Origin: Lama glama
Taxonomy: Eukaryota
Assembly (NCBI GenBank): GCA_028534125.1
Contig: CM052817.1
Span: forward strand, 27,840,001 to 27,904,000
Reading direction: 5' to 3'
DNA length: 64,000 bases
In this document: positions 29,297 to 41,514 of the stretch, one piece after another
Layout of the letters: every line of letters starts with the position of its first letter
Position numbering within the stretch: position 1 is the first letter of the stretch
Notes under the pieces: model-generated
Told to the model about the DNA's origin: nothing
What the model saw: the letters and a program-made list of their open reading frames with translations, nothing else
The model's database searches: none
Made by a program: the position numbers and the translations under genes

Positions 29297-30742
29297 ATGG
29301 GAAACCAAGAGTCTGTCCCTGCTGGGACTCCTTTGGGCTGCATATTGGCCACCTGGGACCGTTTTAATCTATAAACCCTCAAAAGAAAAACACTTATATT
29401 CCTTTGAAATGTTGCCTGGCCACAATATCGACTTCCCTGCGAGGAAGCATGGCCTATAAACAGAGCATAAACTCAGCCATCTTGTTCCAGCTTGATCTCT
29501 TCTGCAAGAGACAAGGCAAGTGGTCTGAATACCCTATGTTCATATCTTTTACTTACTGAGGGACCGCAGTGATCTCCTAGAAGGATGTAAGTTAACCACT
29601 CAGGCAACGGTTACACCTAATAACCTACTGTCCCCGACACCCCCTAGGGAGGGGGACTCTCCTAAACCTACACCCTACCCTACTCTCCCTACCATATACC
29701 CGTCATTTCCCTCATACTCAGGAAAGACACTCCTGCCTCCATTACCTTTGATAGCTAAGACCTGCCCCCTGGTAGAAACAGGTGGAGTATCTGGTCCTCA
29801 ATTCATACATAAGCCATTTTCTCTGGTAGAACTGAGACAAATTAAGACTGATCTGGGAAGCTATTCAGATAACCCAGACAAACACATAGAGGCATTTCAA
29901 TACCTCACTCTGGCATATGATCTCACCTGGAAAGATGTTAATATTATCCTTGGCCAACCCTATCTGACGCAGCACAGGAAAGGGTTCTCAGAGAAGCCAG
30001 AAAATATGCAAACAGTCTACATCTATCTAACGACAAGTACCGCACAGGGGAAACAGCTGTTCCCCCAGGGGACCCTGGGTGGGACTATAATGACCTTAAC
30101 CAAAAGTGGGAAAGAGATCACTTTTTAATCTGTTAAGGCAGGACTCTGGGCAGCCTGAAAGAAAGTTATAGTTATTCTAAGGTGTTAGCTGTTAGCCAGG
30201 AGCCCGGAGAAAACTCCACTGCTTTTTCAGAGCAGCTCCAGGAGGCACTTACTAAGTACACTAACTCAGACCTCAGCTCTTATGAGGGACAAATCATCTT
30301 AACGGATAAATTTCTCACTCAGTCTGCCCCTGATATGAGGGGAAAACTCGAAAAGGTGATCCAGGAACCTGGAGTAACTCTTGATGAAATGTAGCCATTG
30401 CTGCCACAGTTTTTTTTTATCATCAAGAGCAGGAGCAAGAGACCAAGGCTTAGGGAAGGAAAGAAGGAAGGAGGCCAGGCCTACCTAGATGACTGCGGCC
30501 CCTCAAGGGCAGCCACCGTCCTAACGTCCCTGGCCCCTAGCGGCCTGAGTAAGTCCAATGACAAGTGCAGCATTTGCCACTGACCTGGTCCCTGGGTCAA
30601 AGAATGTCCCTACAGGGACAAGCCTCCAAGATCTGCCTGCTCTCGGTGTAGCCAACAGGGTCATTGGTGGCCCTCTGTCCTTTGAGCCAAATGGCTTGCA
30701 GGGGAAAATGCCCAAGACCTGCAGATGGTGGTCCAGGACTGA
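29297..30742 (+). pseudogene. gag: ERV gag pseudogene (MA, CA, NC with two zinc knuckles)
   Basis: MGNQESVPAGTPLGCILATWDRF...AWPQY matrix start; PFSLVELRQIKTDLGSYSDNPDK and MHR-like SQEPGENSTAFSEQLQEAL; FLTQSAPD; two CCHC-like motifs ~30566-30680; ends CAGGAC-TGA. Confidence 0.9.
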
Positions 30743-32674
30743 AGAAGCCCCCTCCAGTCATACCCAACACAAGAGCTCTCCATCAATGGGCTGGAGCCGC
30801 GGGTACACATAGATGTGGCAGGCAGGACAGTAACTTTTCTTATGGATACCGGGGCCACCTTCTCTGTCCTGACTTCCTTCTCCGGACCTGTCTCCTCCAG
30901 TTTCTGTGCCGTTATGGGAGTTACAGGTAAACTGACCTTAAGATTCTTTACTGCCCCCCCTTTGTTGTTGATGGGACGAATGCTCGTTCGCACATTCTTT
31001 CTTATGTGTGACAGAATGTCCTAGCCCCCTTTTAGGCTGAGATCTTCTTTATAACTTGGGAACCTGTGTTATCCTGGGAGAAGATCCCCAAACTTTCACC
31101 TCTTTACAACTCATTGCTCTCTGGGGAAGGAGAAAAACCTCCACATATAGAGGCCTGGGAGAATAAAATTAATCCTGCTGTCTGGGATCAAGGCATCCCA
31201 GGGCGACAAAGAAGGCTGCTCTGGTTGTCATCTCGCTCAGAGATCCTACCTGGCTCCCTGATCGAAAACAGTATCATTTAAAACCTGAGGCAAGGAAGGG
31301 CCTTCAGCCAATAATTTCTAAGTTCTTACAGTGTGGAGTCCTAATTCCTGTTAACTCCCCCTGCAACACACCTATCCTTCCGGCCATTAAAAAAGATGGG
31401 ACCTACAGGCTGGTCCGGGATTTACGAACCATAAATGAGGCAGCAGTACCTCTTCACCCAGTGGCCCCGAACCCCTGTGTGCTACTGGGGAACATCCCTC
31501 CAGCAGCCCGGGGGTACACAACCTTAGACCTAAAGGGGCATTCTTCTGTATGCCCCTTAGTCCCCAGTCCCAGTATTTATTTGTCTTTCAGTGGGACTCA
31601 CCCAGTGGGTACCAGCGCCAGCTGCCTGGACAGCACTACTGCCACAGGGGTTTAGAGACAGTCCTCACCTCTTTGGGCAAGCTTTGGCCCAGATTTACAG
31701 GACTTACAGCTTGAAAAAGGGACTATTCTCCAATATGCAGATGACCTACTTATCTGCCCCCTTACTCGAGAACAGGCCATCCAGCACACAATCCAGTTTC
31801 CAGGTCCAAGGCCAAAATGGTCATACAAGACGTCACTTATCTAGGAGTTGTTCTGACTCCTGGAACCTGTAGACTTTCCCCTGAACGAATTCAGGGAACC
31901 TTACAACTCCCTACTCCCACTACTCGAAAACAGCTCAGGACGTTTCTCGGACTAACAGGTTACCGTAGGCTTTAGATCCCTCACTGTGTGTGTATGGCCC
32001 AACCTCTATGGGCCAGTTTAAAGGGTAAAGAAGACTCAGTATCTCTCAGTGGGGTCCTTCCCAACAAGAAGCAATGGAAGAATTAAAAAATCTCCTAGTA
32101 AGATCTCCGGCCTTGGGGCTTCCAGATCCCACAAGACCCTTCCAGTTCTATGTTCATGAGAGAGGAGAAAGAGCCTTGGGGGTCCTCATCCAACGGCTGG
32201 GTCCTACCCAACAGCCCATGGGATACTGCTCCAAGCGGCTAGATCCCACTGCTTAAGGCTGGCCTTCCTGCCTAGGAGTGTTGGGAGCCCTGTCTATTCT
32301 CCTGGAGGAAGCTTTTAAGCTAACTCTGGGGGCCCCTATACAAGCATATGCTAACCACCAAGTTTCTGATCTTTTTAAAGGCAAGGGACATTTCTGGCTC
32401 TCAGACACTTGGCTTCTTAAATATCAGGCATTATTATTGGAAAACGCAGATGTCACTGTCTCTGTTTGTGGGACACTCAATCCTGCTACACTGTTACCAT
32501 CACCAGACGAGTCTCTTCCCTTTCACCTATGTCATGAGACCCTGTCCATTTCTCTAGGAGCTAGAGCAGACCTCACTGACCAACCCCTGGAAAACCCTGA
32601 TGAGATCTGGTTCACTGATGGGAGCCACATATTCTTGTGAACCTCTTAGCGATCTGTGACTGCTTTTCAAGTGA
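30743..32674 (+). pseudogene. pol: ERV pro-pol pseudogene (protease, RT, tether, RNaseH start fused to integrase C-terminal tail)
   Basis: FLMDTGATFSVL protease site; SPCNTPILP, YRLVRDLR, LPQGFRDSP, LLQYADDLL (YADD 31734-31745); LNPATLLP; WFTDGS at 32608-32625 joined almost directly to YSCEPLSDL*LLFK*. Confidence 0.9.
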
Positions 32675-32939
32675 CTCTCCGGTGAGACTGTCCCATCGCC
32701 CTAGGGGACTACGGATCCCTGTTAGATAAACCTCTTTCTTAAATGTCTCCTGGCTCTAATCTTTTCTCCTCTGGGGCCCCCACCAAACTGTTTTAATACT
32801 AATCTAAAATGTCTCTGACATTAGGGTCCCTCGTTGACTCCTCCTTTAGTTCACTGGACTAACACTCCAACATCTGCCTTCTAAAGCCTAAACCAACAGA
32901 AAGCACAGAAATCAGTTATTTTTAAGGCAGTTTTTTCCA

Positions 32940-33240
32940 ATTAAGTAGGTATGACCTTTGTTTGCCCCCTTTATCCCCTGGCTAGGGTTAGCTCTATGTA
33001 TTTGACTTCTATCTTTTTAACCTTCTTATAAAATGTGTTTCTTCTTGTCTAGAGTCAAACTTTAAATGGCTATATAACAAGGTAATCAACCAATCAGCCA
33101 AAACAGCTTTTATACAAGCCACTCGATGGACACCGACCGTTTGCTCACCACCTGCCCAGTGACAGCCAGCTAGTCTGGGACCCCAGCGAGCTCCATCATT
33201 ACCCAGATCAGCAGGAAGTAGCTAGAGCAGTCGTCGCCCT
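32940..33240 (+). pseudogene. env: ERV env remnant (TM cytoplasmic end only) and 3' untranslated segment
   Basis: FNLLIKCVSSCLE at ~33016-33054 resembles the class I TM tail (IFNLLVKFVSSRLE); CAGCAGGAAGTAGCTAGAGCAGTCGTCGCCC is typical of the pre-PPT segment of HERV-H/W/ERV9-like elements. Confidence 0.7.
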
Positions 33241-33283
33241 CTACGTCCCAAAGATTTGGGGGTCCTTTGACTAGAAGGGGGAA

Positions 33284-33763
33284 TATTAGGTAGTTTAGAT
33301 AGCGATGAGCACTGGCAGGGGGAGAGAAGGGAGAGGAACAACCCAGAATATGACAGTGTGTTCAGGAAAAGAGACTCCAGAAATTTTTACTTTCTCTAAG
33401 TGAGGGCCAGTTAAAGTCAAAGCGCTGCAGCTGCGCATGAGCGGGCGCCTGGTATAACCCGACCCAATGAACCTGCTCAAAAGGGGGTGGGCATGCCGGA
33501 GCGCAGGGAACCTGAGTTGTCAATCAATCCTCCAATCAATCACGATATCAGGATATAAAAACAGGAAAAAAAAGGAGCGGCGCCATTTTTCCTCTCTTGG
33601 GTTGGCCCGCGCCCAGTTCTCGGGAGTGTACTGTCTTTTGCTATTTTTTTACTTCACTAAGAAAAATCTTGCTTATATCATGCTTTTTGTCTCTCATCAA
33701 AAATTCTTCTTTTTTGGGTGACTAAGAACTGAGGTAATTCTTATTTTCCTTTTCCCAGTAACA
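33284..33763 (+). repeat. 3' LTR, 480 bp
   Basis: Follows polypurine tract AGAAGGGGGAA (33273-33283); starts TATTA (decayed TGTTA), ends TAACA; TATAAAA at 33554. Confidence 0.93.
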
Positions 33764-35444
33764 GTTTGACAGTCACTCTATGGCCTCCTTGGATAGAGAG
33801 GCCAACTTCTCCTTACTGCCTGCGACAGAGCCCTCTCCCACCCGCTGCTCGTGGCCTGTGGATTTATTTTACCATTTGCTTTAGAAAGAGGTATTGGATA
33901 AATTTGCTTTAAAATGATTATTCACTCCAAAGCCAACAGATTGTATTTTTAATTGTCCGAGTGGATAGATTGTTTCCTTGTATTTTCTGAACTGTTTATT
34001 CTCACTGATGTTATTCTTAGCTGTTCCTCATGGTGGAGAATTTGTCAGACTGACTTAAAGTCTATAGGAAATTTTCTCTCTAAAATGAGATAACCAGAAA
34101 GGTTCCTGAAAATATATACAATCACAATTAGGAATTCGATACATTTTTTTGGATCCGGATCAGTTTAACTTGGCATAACCGAAAAAGCTTATTTAGTACA
34201 TGTTCAGGAAAAATAAGGATTTATGGACACATTAAACTATAAAGGGAACAAACAAGTATTTTTGTATGTACAAGAGTATTTAAAAATTGCAATTAAACAT
34301 TAACTATTACTGAAATTATTCTGACAGAAAATTCTTATTTGAATTGCTTGTTACATAGATTGTACTTGGAATAAAGGCAGAATGATTTAAAAAAAATACA
34401 TTTTCCAATAATTTTTATTAGCCTGGTAGTGAAACGATCCAGGTTAAGAAGAGCTTTCTTCATTAAAATGAGCAGCTCTGTATTACTGAAATGGAAGCTT
34501 TAGAAGCCATAAGCATCCAAAACCAAACTTTAAATGTTTGACGTGAAAACATTTTGACATTTTCTTCTGGCTGTATTAGACAGCATCTTAACTGGCAGGG
34601 TCAGTGAAAACACAGTGCTTATTTTAAGGGGCATGGAGTTGAATGTGAGAAGTATTTGGGGGAATTCACAGGTAGCTTTTCTTTACATTGTTTTTCTGTG
34701 GTTTTGCCGGGGGCACCCACACAGTCCTTGCCCCCGGCTAGACTGTGGGAAAGGATGCCGGCCCCTGACAGCGAAGAACAGGCTGTTTCGCTCTTACAAG
34801 CCTAGAGGCTCCTCAGATTGCTCCCCCAGTGCTTCTTTGTGAACTAATCCTGCCCTAGCAGGTTTCCAAACTGCAGCTTCACTTGTTTCTTTTACTGAGG
34901 GATTCTTATTTTTGATTAAGCTCTTGTCCTCAGTTTTCAGTGTTTCTTGTGTTTTTGTCTCACGTGGCACTTTTAATATTTTCTGGTTACTTCCTTCCAA
35001 TTTTATTGGCTAAGTATGGCCACTTTCTCCTGAACTTAAAAAAATTCAGTGGGTTTAGAAAAACTTAAGAAATTCACCCTATGCGAAAGGAAGGGGCCAT
35101 GAATTAGCTGTTGACTTGCAGGCTGATTTAAATCCGTAATGAGGACCGTCCTGGGAGGCTCTTCTGACTGAAGAATCAGAACAGTCGTTTTATTTTAAAA
35201 TTGTTTTTTTGGTACTTAATTATCAAAACTACCAGCTCTTGCAAAACTAGAGTTAATATCCTCCATTTTATGTTGTGTTTAATGGGATTAAAATGCAGGG
35301 ATATTTCGTATATCACTGGGGTTGTAAACAAAATGTTAATATTGCACTTAAATGGATACACCTTCTCAGACTACAGTTAGGCCAGATTTGAAGGTTTTAT
35401 AAAGCAATCTAGTTTCTAAAACTAGCAATTAAAACGTGAACACT

Positions 35445-38400
35445 TTTCTTTATGGAATGGAAAGGTTTATTTCATTTTTAATAACAATCAGGACAAAATG
35501 TTTAAAATTTGCAGTTTAAAACATGCACATCCACAAAAGGCCAATGACACATAACACTGCGTAGAATTGAATATTACTCAACTTATAACTATTTATAAAA
35601 CACAGTGCTTTGAACATCGAGATAAACAAACCTGAGAAAAACTACTATAATCACAGAGTCAACACTCTCCACTCATGCAGCTTCACAATTTCTACAGCAG
35701 TTTCAGCAGGAATGGTTTTTCATGGAGCTGAAAATATACGATTTTATCTTTAATGCAAACTGCAATTTTCCATAGTAGCTGCCTTCCAAGGCTGCCTTTC
35801 TTTTTAACCTAAGAAACTTGAAAATGTGAAAAATGAAGCTTGAAGTAGTTAAACAAACAACAAACAGCATTTACTGCATTTATGGCTGCTAGTCTAGAAC
35901 CAGGAAACATAAAAATATATATTTTTAAATATTCTGCTCACATCTTTGCAAGAGCAGATTTACCTATGGAAAGTTGCTGTTAATTCAAAGTAAGCTAGTA
36001 TGAAATCTAGCTTTTTTCCTACTTAAGGGAGATTTATTTGCTGAGAAGTTTTGTGAGCTTTATTAAGGAAAGTTCTTAGAGGCAAGCTAAACAAAAGTTT
36101 CAATTAAATTAGTTCAAATTTGTAAAATAATTTACTTATTAAAAAAAAGTGCAGAGGACCAATTAATTTGCCCACTGAATATTAAATTTCAGGTAGGCCA
36201 CGAAAGAATTTTATAAGGCAGAAATAAACATCAAGATTTACAGCAAGAGCCATGCATTGGCCTAGACCACTTTAAATATTAATTCATGCAAACCATAAAC
36301 CTATCAAAAACACAGCTGCTCTCATACAGAAAATAAATCAGGACAAAAAATGGAAAACATTTATTTCCTTTCCTTCAAAATTTAACTTACATTCCATTTG
36401 AATAGCTGTTGAAGGTTAATTAAAATGCAGCAAAAAATAAGAGCTTCACAAGTGACTTTCAGTTATTTCAATGTGAGAAAAATCAAACTATGGTCTCTTT
36501 AAGAGGCATTATAGAAATGTTCATCATTAAAAAGCATTTATTAGGCACTGAGCTGCATGGTGTTACATCAAGTAATTTATGAAAAGAGTTCTATAGGCCT
36601 GGCCCATGTGATGTGAATAGAGTGGGAATTTGCTCAATAAATTTTGTGGATGATTATAGATTTAATTGATGATGCAAGTTTTAGAACCAGGAACTATCCA
36701 AGGGCAAACTGCACAAAAATAAACACTAAGAATTATTTAGCTTTGTAATAAGGATGACATTGTTATAAAGAAAACATTGTGAATATGCAATCAAGTACTT
36801 CCTGATTAGCATTCATTTCCTGAAAGAACATCTTAAATGACAGATTCTAAGTGATGTACAGTGCACACAATGCAGAACAAATCGTGTGACTTTCACACTG
36901 GTTATTGAGAATGCGAAACTGCGAAGTTAAAATATAACGACCAGAATAAATGTTGATTTCTTGAATTCATTTCTTTTTCCTTGGAAATTAAGAGGAATCA
37001 CTTACTTAAGAGGATTCCATTCAATGACCATACAGTTCATGTAAATGGCTGACATTACTGAATAGAATACAGGTTCACCTGACTTGATTAGAAAAAGTTT
37101 CCCATTAACTTTGCCGCATGGCTGAAGCAGGCTCNNNNNNNNNNNNNNNNNNNNNNNNNNNNNNNNNNNNNNNNNNNNNNNNNNNNNNNNNNNNNNNNNN
37201 NNNNNNNNNNNNNNNNNNNNNNNNNNNNNNNNNNCCCCCCCCCCCCCCCCCCCAGCATATATTTCACTTACAATTTACTACATTCCTGAGAAACACTATT
37301 TTCCTGCTAATAATTTCTACCATATAGCATCTTTCTGGGTGTGAGACACCAATATATTTTTATATGATGTATAAAACGTTTAGAAAGTCCATGCTCAATA
37401 TCACTGTGTACTAGTCAACATTAAAGAAGCAACTTCCAGCTTTTCAATGCGAGATGAATGACGATTTTCTGCTGAAAGTAGTGTTTTCTGAACTGTAAAC
37501 ATTATAAAGCAACGGTGTTAGCATTTGCCAGTCCCTACAAGGGACGTTTTAATTGGAGTGTCCCTTATTTCAGAAAATACACTTCAACTGTTTAGTTTAA
37601 TCTTGGTAAAACTGTTACTTCCCCACTCCTGGCCTTAGGAAGGTTAAAAAAAAATCAGAGGGTTTTCTCTCATTACCACTATAAGGTTGCTGCAGTTGCA
37701 ATCTTATATTTTAAATTTTACCATGGAGGTCACGCCCTCTCTGCCCACCCCCAACTCCCACCCAAGAAGCTAAGAGATTGACTTACTGTTGATAATTCCA
37801 AAATAGGTCCTTGGGACAAAAAAGCACAAATTAGTCATATTTCAGATCATGATCACCAACATTATAATATTAAGCATGAGTCTTCTACCCACGTTGAAGA
37901 GCTTCACAGAAACAAGCTGTGTTTCAAGATAGAAATAAAACACTTAGTTTTCTTAAGTCAGAAAATTCAGTGCTCTTATGCTCATCCCATTTTAATATTA
38001 ACCTTCTGGAGAAGGATGTCACCTATGAGGTGAGGGGAAATGGAGGCAGCCCTTCTCTGTCACCGCTGTAAACTGTTCCTCCGGAGGGATGTACTTCATT
38101 CTCGTTTTTCGTTTTTTGTGGTTTGACCTCAACTCTCCCCGCGGAGGCCCAGACAAGCCGCTCTGAATATCCGTTCAGTAGACAAAGAGTGTGACATCTG
38201 AATTTTGAAGATGACCTTAGACTCTCATACTTGTGGTCTTGCTAGATGTTTGGGTTCATGATTCTCTTAATCTGAGCCCCAGATGGGAAGGGTCTGGGGA
38301 GTATTTATGTTCATTCCTTGCCCTCCTTTAGGTTAGAATTATGTATGTGTTACAACTTCTCTTATTTGCAGAAAATGTGGGAGGCATACATGTGACTAAG

Positions 38401-40142
38401 TAGTTAAGAATACAGGTAAGGAAATAATCAATAACCTAATTTTAAGTCTGGATTGAGAAAAAGGGTGAAAAGGATGTAAATGATTAAACTCAAGGAGTGA
38501 TTTGAAAATCACCTCTCTTCTCAATCCTAGCTGACTTTTTCAAAAGAGGAAGTTCTACCTATTTTGCTGGTTAAGTCCACTTAAAGGCAAACAGGCTTTT
38601 GAACACAAGGCAGAAAGTTTGCTTCAATCTCTGAAGTGTATCTGAAAGCTAGAATTCCTTTTTATTTATTTCTACATGAAAGCTTTATTTAAAAAATAGT
38701 GTAGAAAATAGGTTGTGGTTTTTAAACAGCCCCTCCCCTCACCATCTATAGTTGGTAGCAAAGTAGGTATTTTCAGGAGATGTCTTGAAAATGCTGAAAA
38801 TAATTAAACAGAATAGACATTTAAAAGCATATTAACAGAATCTACTCAAGATGAACAGGGTTCTTTGTAAAGTTACAGGCTTGAGTAAAATAGGTGTTTT
38901 TAAAATGGGGAAAATGTACTGCTGCTTTGTCCCAATCAGCAGCGTGTGACTAATTCTGGGAGCTGCCTGACACGTGAAAAGTGAAGTCACTCTCAGTCCT
39001 CAGTGCAGGAGGGGCAGTCACTGAAACACGGGGTGTGCTACCGAGGACAGCAGGCGTCTCACGTGAGAACTAACAGAGAAACCAAAGCACAGGGCAGAAG
39101 CTGAGCCTCCGACATTACAAAAGCCCATGCAGGTATCCTGCGGGGTATTCCAAACGTCTTGACAGAAGCACGGGAAATCTCACATACATATGTGAGCGTA
39201 TTTTTCTTAAAAGAGAAAACTTGAAGACAAAATGACATTGCTCAATCTACAGCAGAAGCCAGACTGTTAGAAAAATCTAAATGATGATGAAACCTCATCA
39301 GAAAGGACTGAGACATAAACACAGCTTTAAAAAATCAGTGTCGTAACGACAGGATCACTTACCACGAGTGCACTTCGACTTTAACAAATAAATAAGACAA
39401 ACAAGAAAGAAGCATTTGTAAGGCCGAAGGTGCAACATCACAGATTTTAGTAGCAAATGCCTTGAAATACTTGTTTTTGCAAATCACTCTTAGATTTGAG
39501 AAGTCAAGCATGCAGATCTTACAGCAGAACTGGAGGTAAACCTTCTCTTAAATTTCTGGGCAAATGACTACTGAATGAGAAATACATTTATTGAACTTCT
39601 TTGGCAAACATTTATCAAGACAATTTTTGACACAAACACTTATTATTAATGTCTTGTTTAGAAATTTTGCTCAGCGAGTCAGTTCCTTAAGAATGCTGGT
39701 TTTTTTTTTTCTTCAGCATATTCTGAAATCTAAAACTGGGTATCAAGAGTCCCTTTAACTTACTACCATTTTAGAGACTTCAAATGGCTGGTCACCTTGT
39801 GGCATATCCAGTACACTGACAGTTACAGCCCCAGAGCAACAGCATAAGAATACTGACTTGTTCTCAGTTTAAGGAAACACTCTGGCAAGATACAAGGTCA
39901 TTTTCCATTTCTGTTTACAAAGACTTAGCAAATACTTTAGAAAATCTGAAAGAGATGGTGTTACAGTATAGTTGCACAGTGCTTATGTCTATAATATACA
40001 TGAATCTGAATGTCAATCAGTGAGATGCGCTCAGATCCATTTCCCCTCCTGGGACCAGACTGGAATGGGTCAGCAGATTCTGCTGAAGACCTGGGAGCAC
40101 TCCTTAGAGACACAGCAGAGCTGGCCTCGCAGCCCCTCCCCG
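35445..40142 (-). other. ATP8A1: ATP8A1 long 3'UTR (~4.7 kb)
   Basis: AT-rich, nearly transposon-free stretch after the stop; minus-strand AATAAA at 35471-35466 (plus TTTATT). End position inferred; other AATAAA copies could serve as proximal sites. Confidence 0.65.
37135..37234. other. Assembly gap (100 N) abutting a C19 homopolymer
   Basis: Exactly 100 N followed by C run 37235-37253; true gap size unknown. Confidence 0.99.
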
Positions 40143-40240
40143 TCACCATTCATCGGGTCTCTGCTTTGTGGTGTCATACGCTCTAATCACTTCAGACTGG
40201 GAGACGATTCCATTTTCATCTTGAGAGAAAGCATACCCAT
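40143..40240 (-). CDS. ATP8A1: Phospholipid-transporting ATPase IA, terminal coding exon with GYAFS regulatory motif
   Basis: Minus strand taacttccag|ATGGGTATGCTTTCTCT...GAATGGTGA encodes (H)[31 protein letters not shown], the recognised ATP8A1 C-terminus. Confidence 0.96.
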
Positions 40241-41422
40241 CTGGAAGTTAAAGATAAAATAGAAATGGTCATCACAAAGTCGCTGGAAACCTGTTATTCT
40301 GGCTTTTGAGTGCTCATTTTCTAACGAGGGGAACTAATGCATCCCTCCCATCTTTAAAAGCATGAAGGCGTGAATTTTTAGGGTCCGGAAAAGGTACAGA
40401 CTCAACTGGAAAAGGAAGAGTAAGATGTCGGTGCTGTAGATGAGCTATGAGTTCTGCTCTGTAGATGAACAGACGCTCTCACCCCTGCTCCCTTCAGCAT
40501 CTCGAGTCCAACCCATCTAATTTTTGCTTCCCAGCTATCAGAGGGGTGGGGTTCCTGTCAAGTGGGCACATGTGTTCCAAACAGATCAGGCGGATGAGAA
40601 GGAAGAAAGAATAAAAACGAGGAAGACAAGGAGGTAAACACCCACGGCCCTGAACAGTGGAAAAGTGGTCTCCTCTCAGACAACATTCTTCTTGGCTCTC
40701 AGTACAAACTCATGCCCCAGCCTGGTCCGAGGGGCCTTGGGGATAAGAAATGACCCTCCAGGGGATCACATCTTTAGAAAAGGCCTCTTGAAGTATAAAG
40801 AGCAAAAGCATTAAACATGAGTATATATAAATGAAAATAAATTATATGTGGAAGCAACATGAAACAAAAGATATATTACTAACACAAATACATTTACTAC
40901 AGGGCTTTATATATTATATTCTTTTTTAGATCCTTGAAATGTTAAGAGGGCGTGATATCTAATAATTTCTTACAGCTCTAAATATTCATAAATATTTTTG
41001 AAGGGGAAAATATATGTTTCATTGTGCAATGTTTCATACACATTTCATTGTGTATGAAGGCTGAAAAGGCTCTTGCAAAGTTATTCAAGTAGAAAAGATA
41101 ACAATACAAGCTTTTAAGAATTAAGATTTATTTTACTGGTTCTTTTTAAGATTTACAGAAGCAAGGGGCAGGCGGAAATATTTTTCTTTAAGTGAAAGCA
41201 GCAAGATTTCCAAATGCTTTGTCTCTTCTGCTGAAAGCAAGATTCGGTTGTGGTCAAAGGATTCTCTACACATTTGTTATTTATACAATATCCTGGAATT
41301 GTGCAAAATCTGTTTTAGGTGTTAATTTTAAAGAAATATCCCTAAGGTCAAAGTACTGCTCTCATAAATGCTATGAGGGAATGGCAGAAAATGTGTTTAA
41401 AAACCAGAACTCAAATACTCAC

Positions 41423-41514
41423 GGAGCAGGTTTTGCTGCAATGATTCCGACCGGTACAAGTTCACATGGTTCTTCTTAAAGACGTTCTTGAGCAGTTGCG
41501 CCCTCTCGGTGAGG
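41423..41514 (-). CDS. ATP8A1: Phospholipid-transporting ATPase IA, penultimate exon
   Basis: Minus strand ctctatag|CCTCACCGAG...CTGCTCC|gtgagt; 92 nt encoding (S)LTERAQLLKNVFKKNHVNLYRSESLQQNLL(H). Confidence 0.95.

Larger units (their letters stand above)
28541..33763 (+). mobile_element. Defective class I (gamma-like, HERV-H/ERV9-type) endogenous retrovirus provirus
   Basis: Paired LTRs, PBS, decayed gag-pro-pol, env remnant and polypurine tract in canonical order; many stops and frameshifts. Confidence 0.95.

Noticed and set aside
41033..41058. 10-bp perfect inverted repeat TTCATACACA-N6-TGTGTATGAA
   Set aside because: Too short for a pre-miRNA or MITE; no supporting features.
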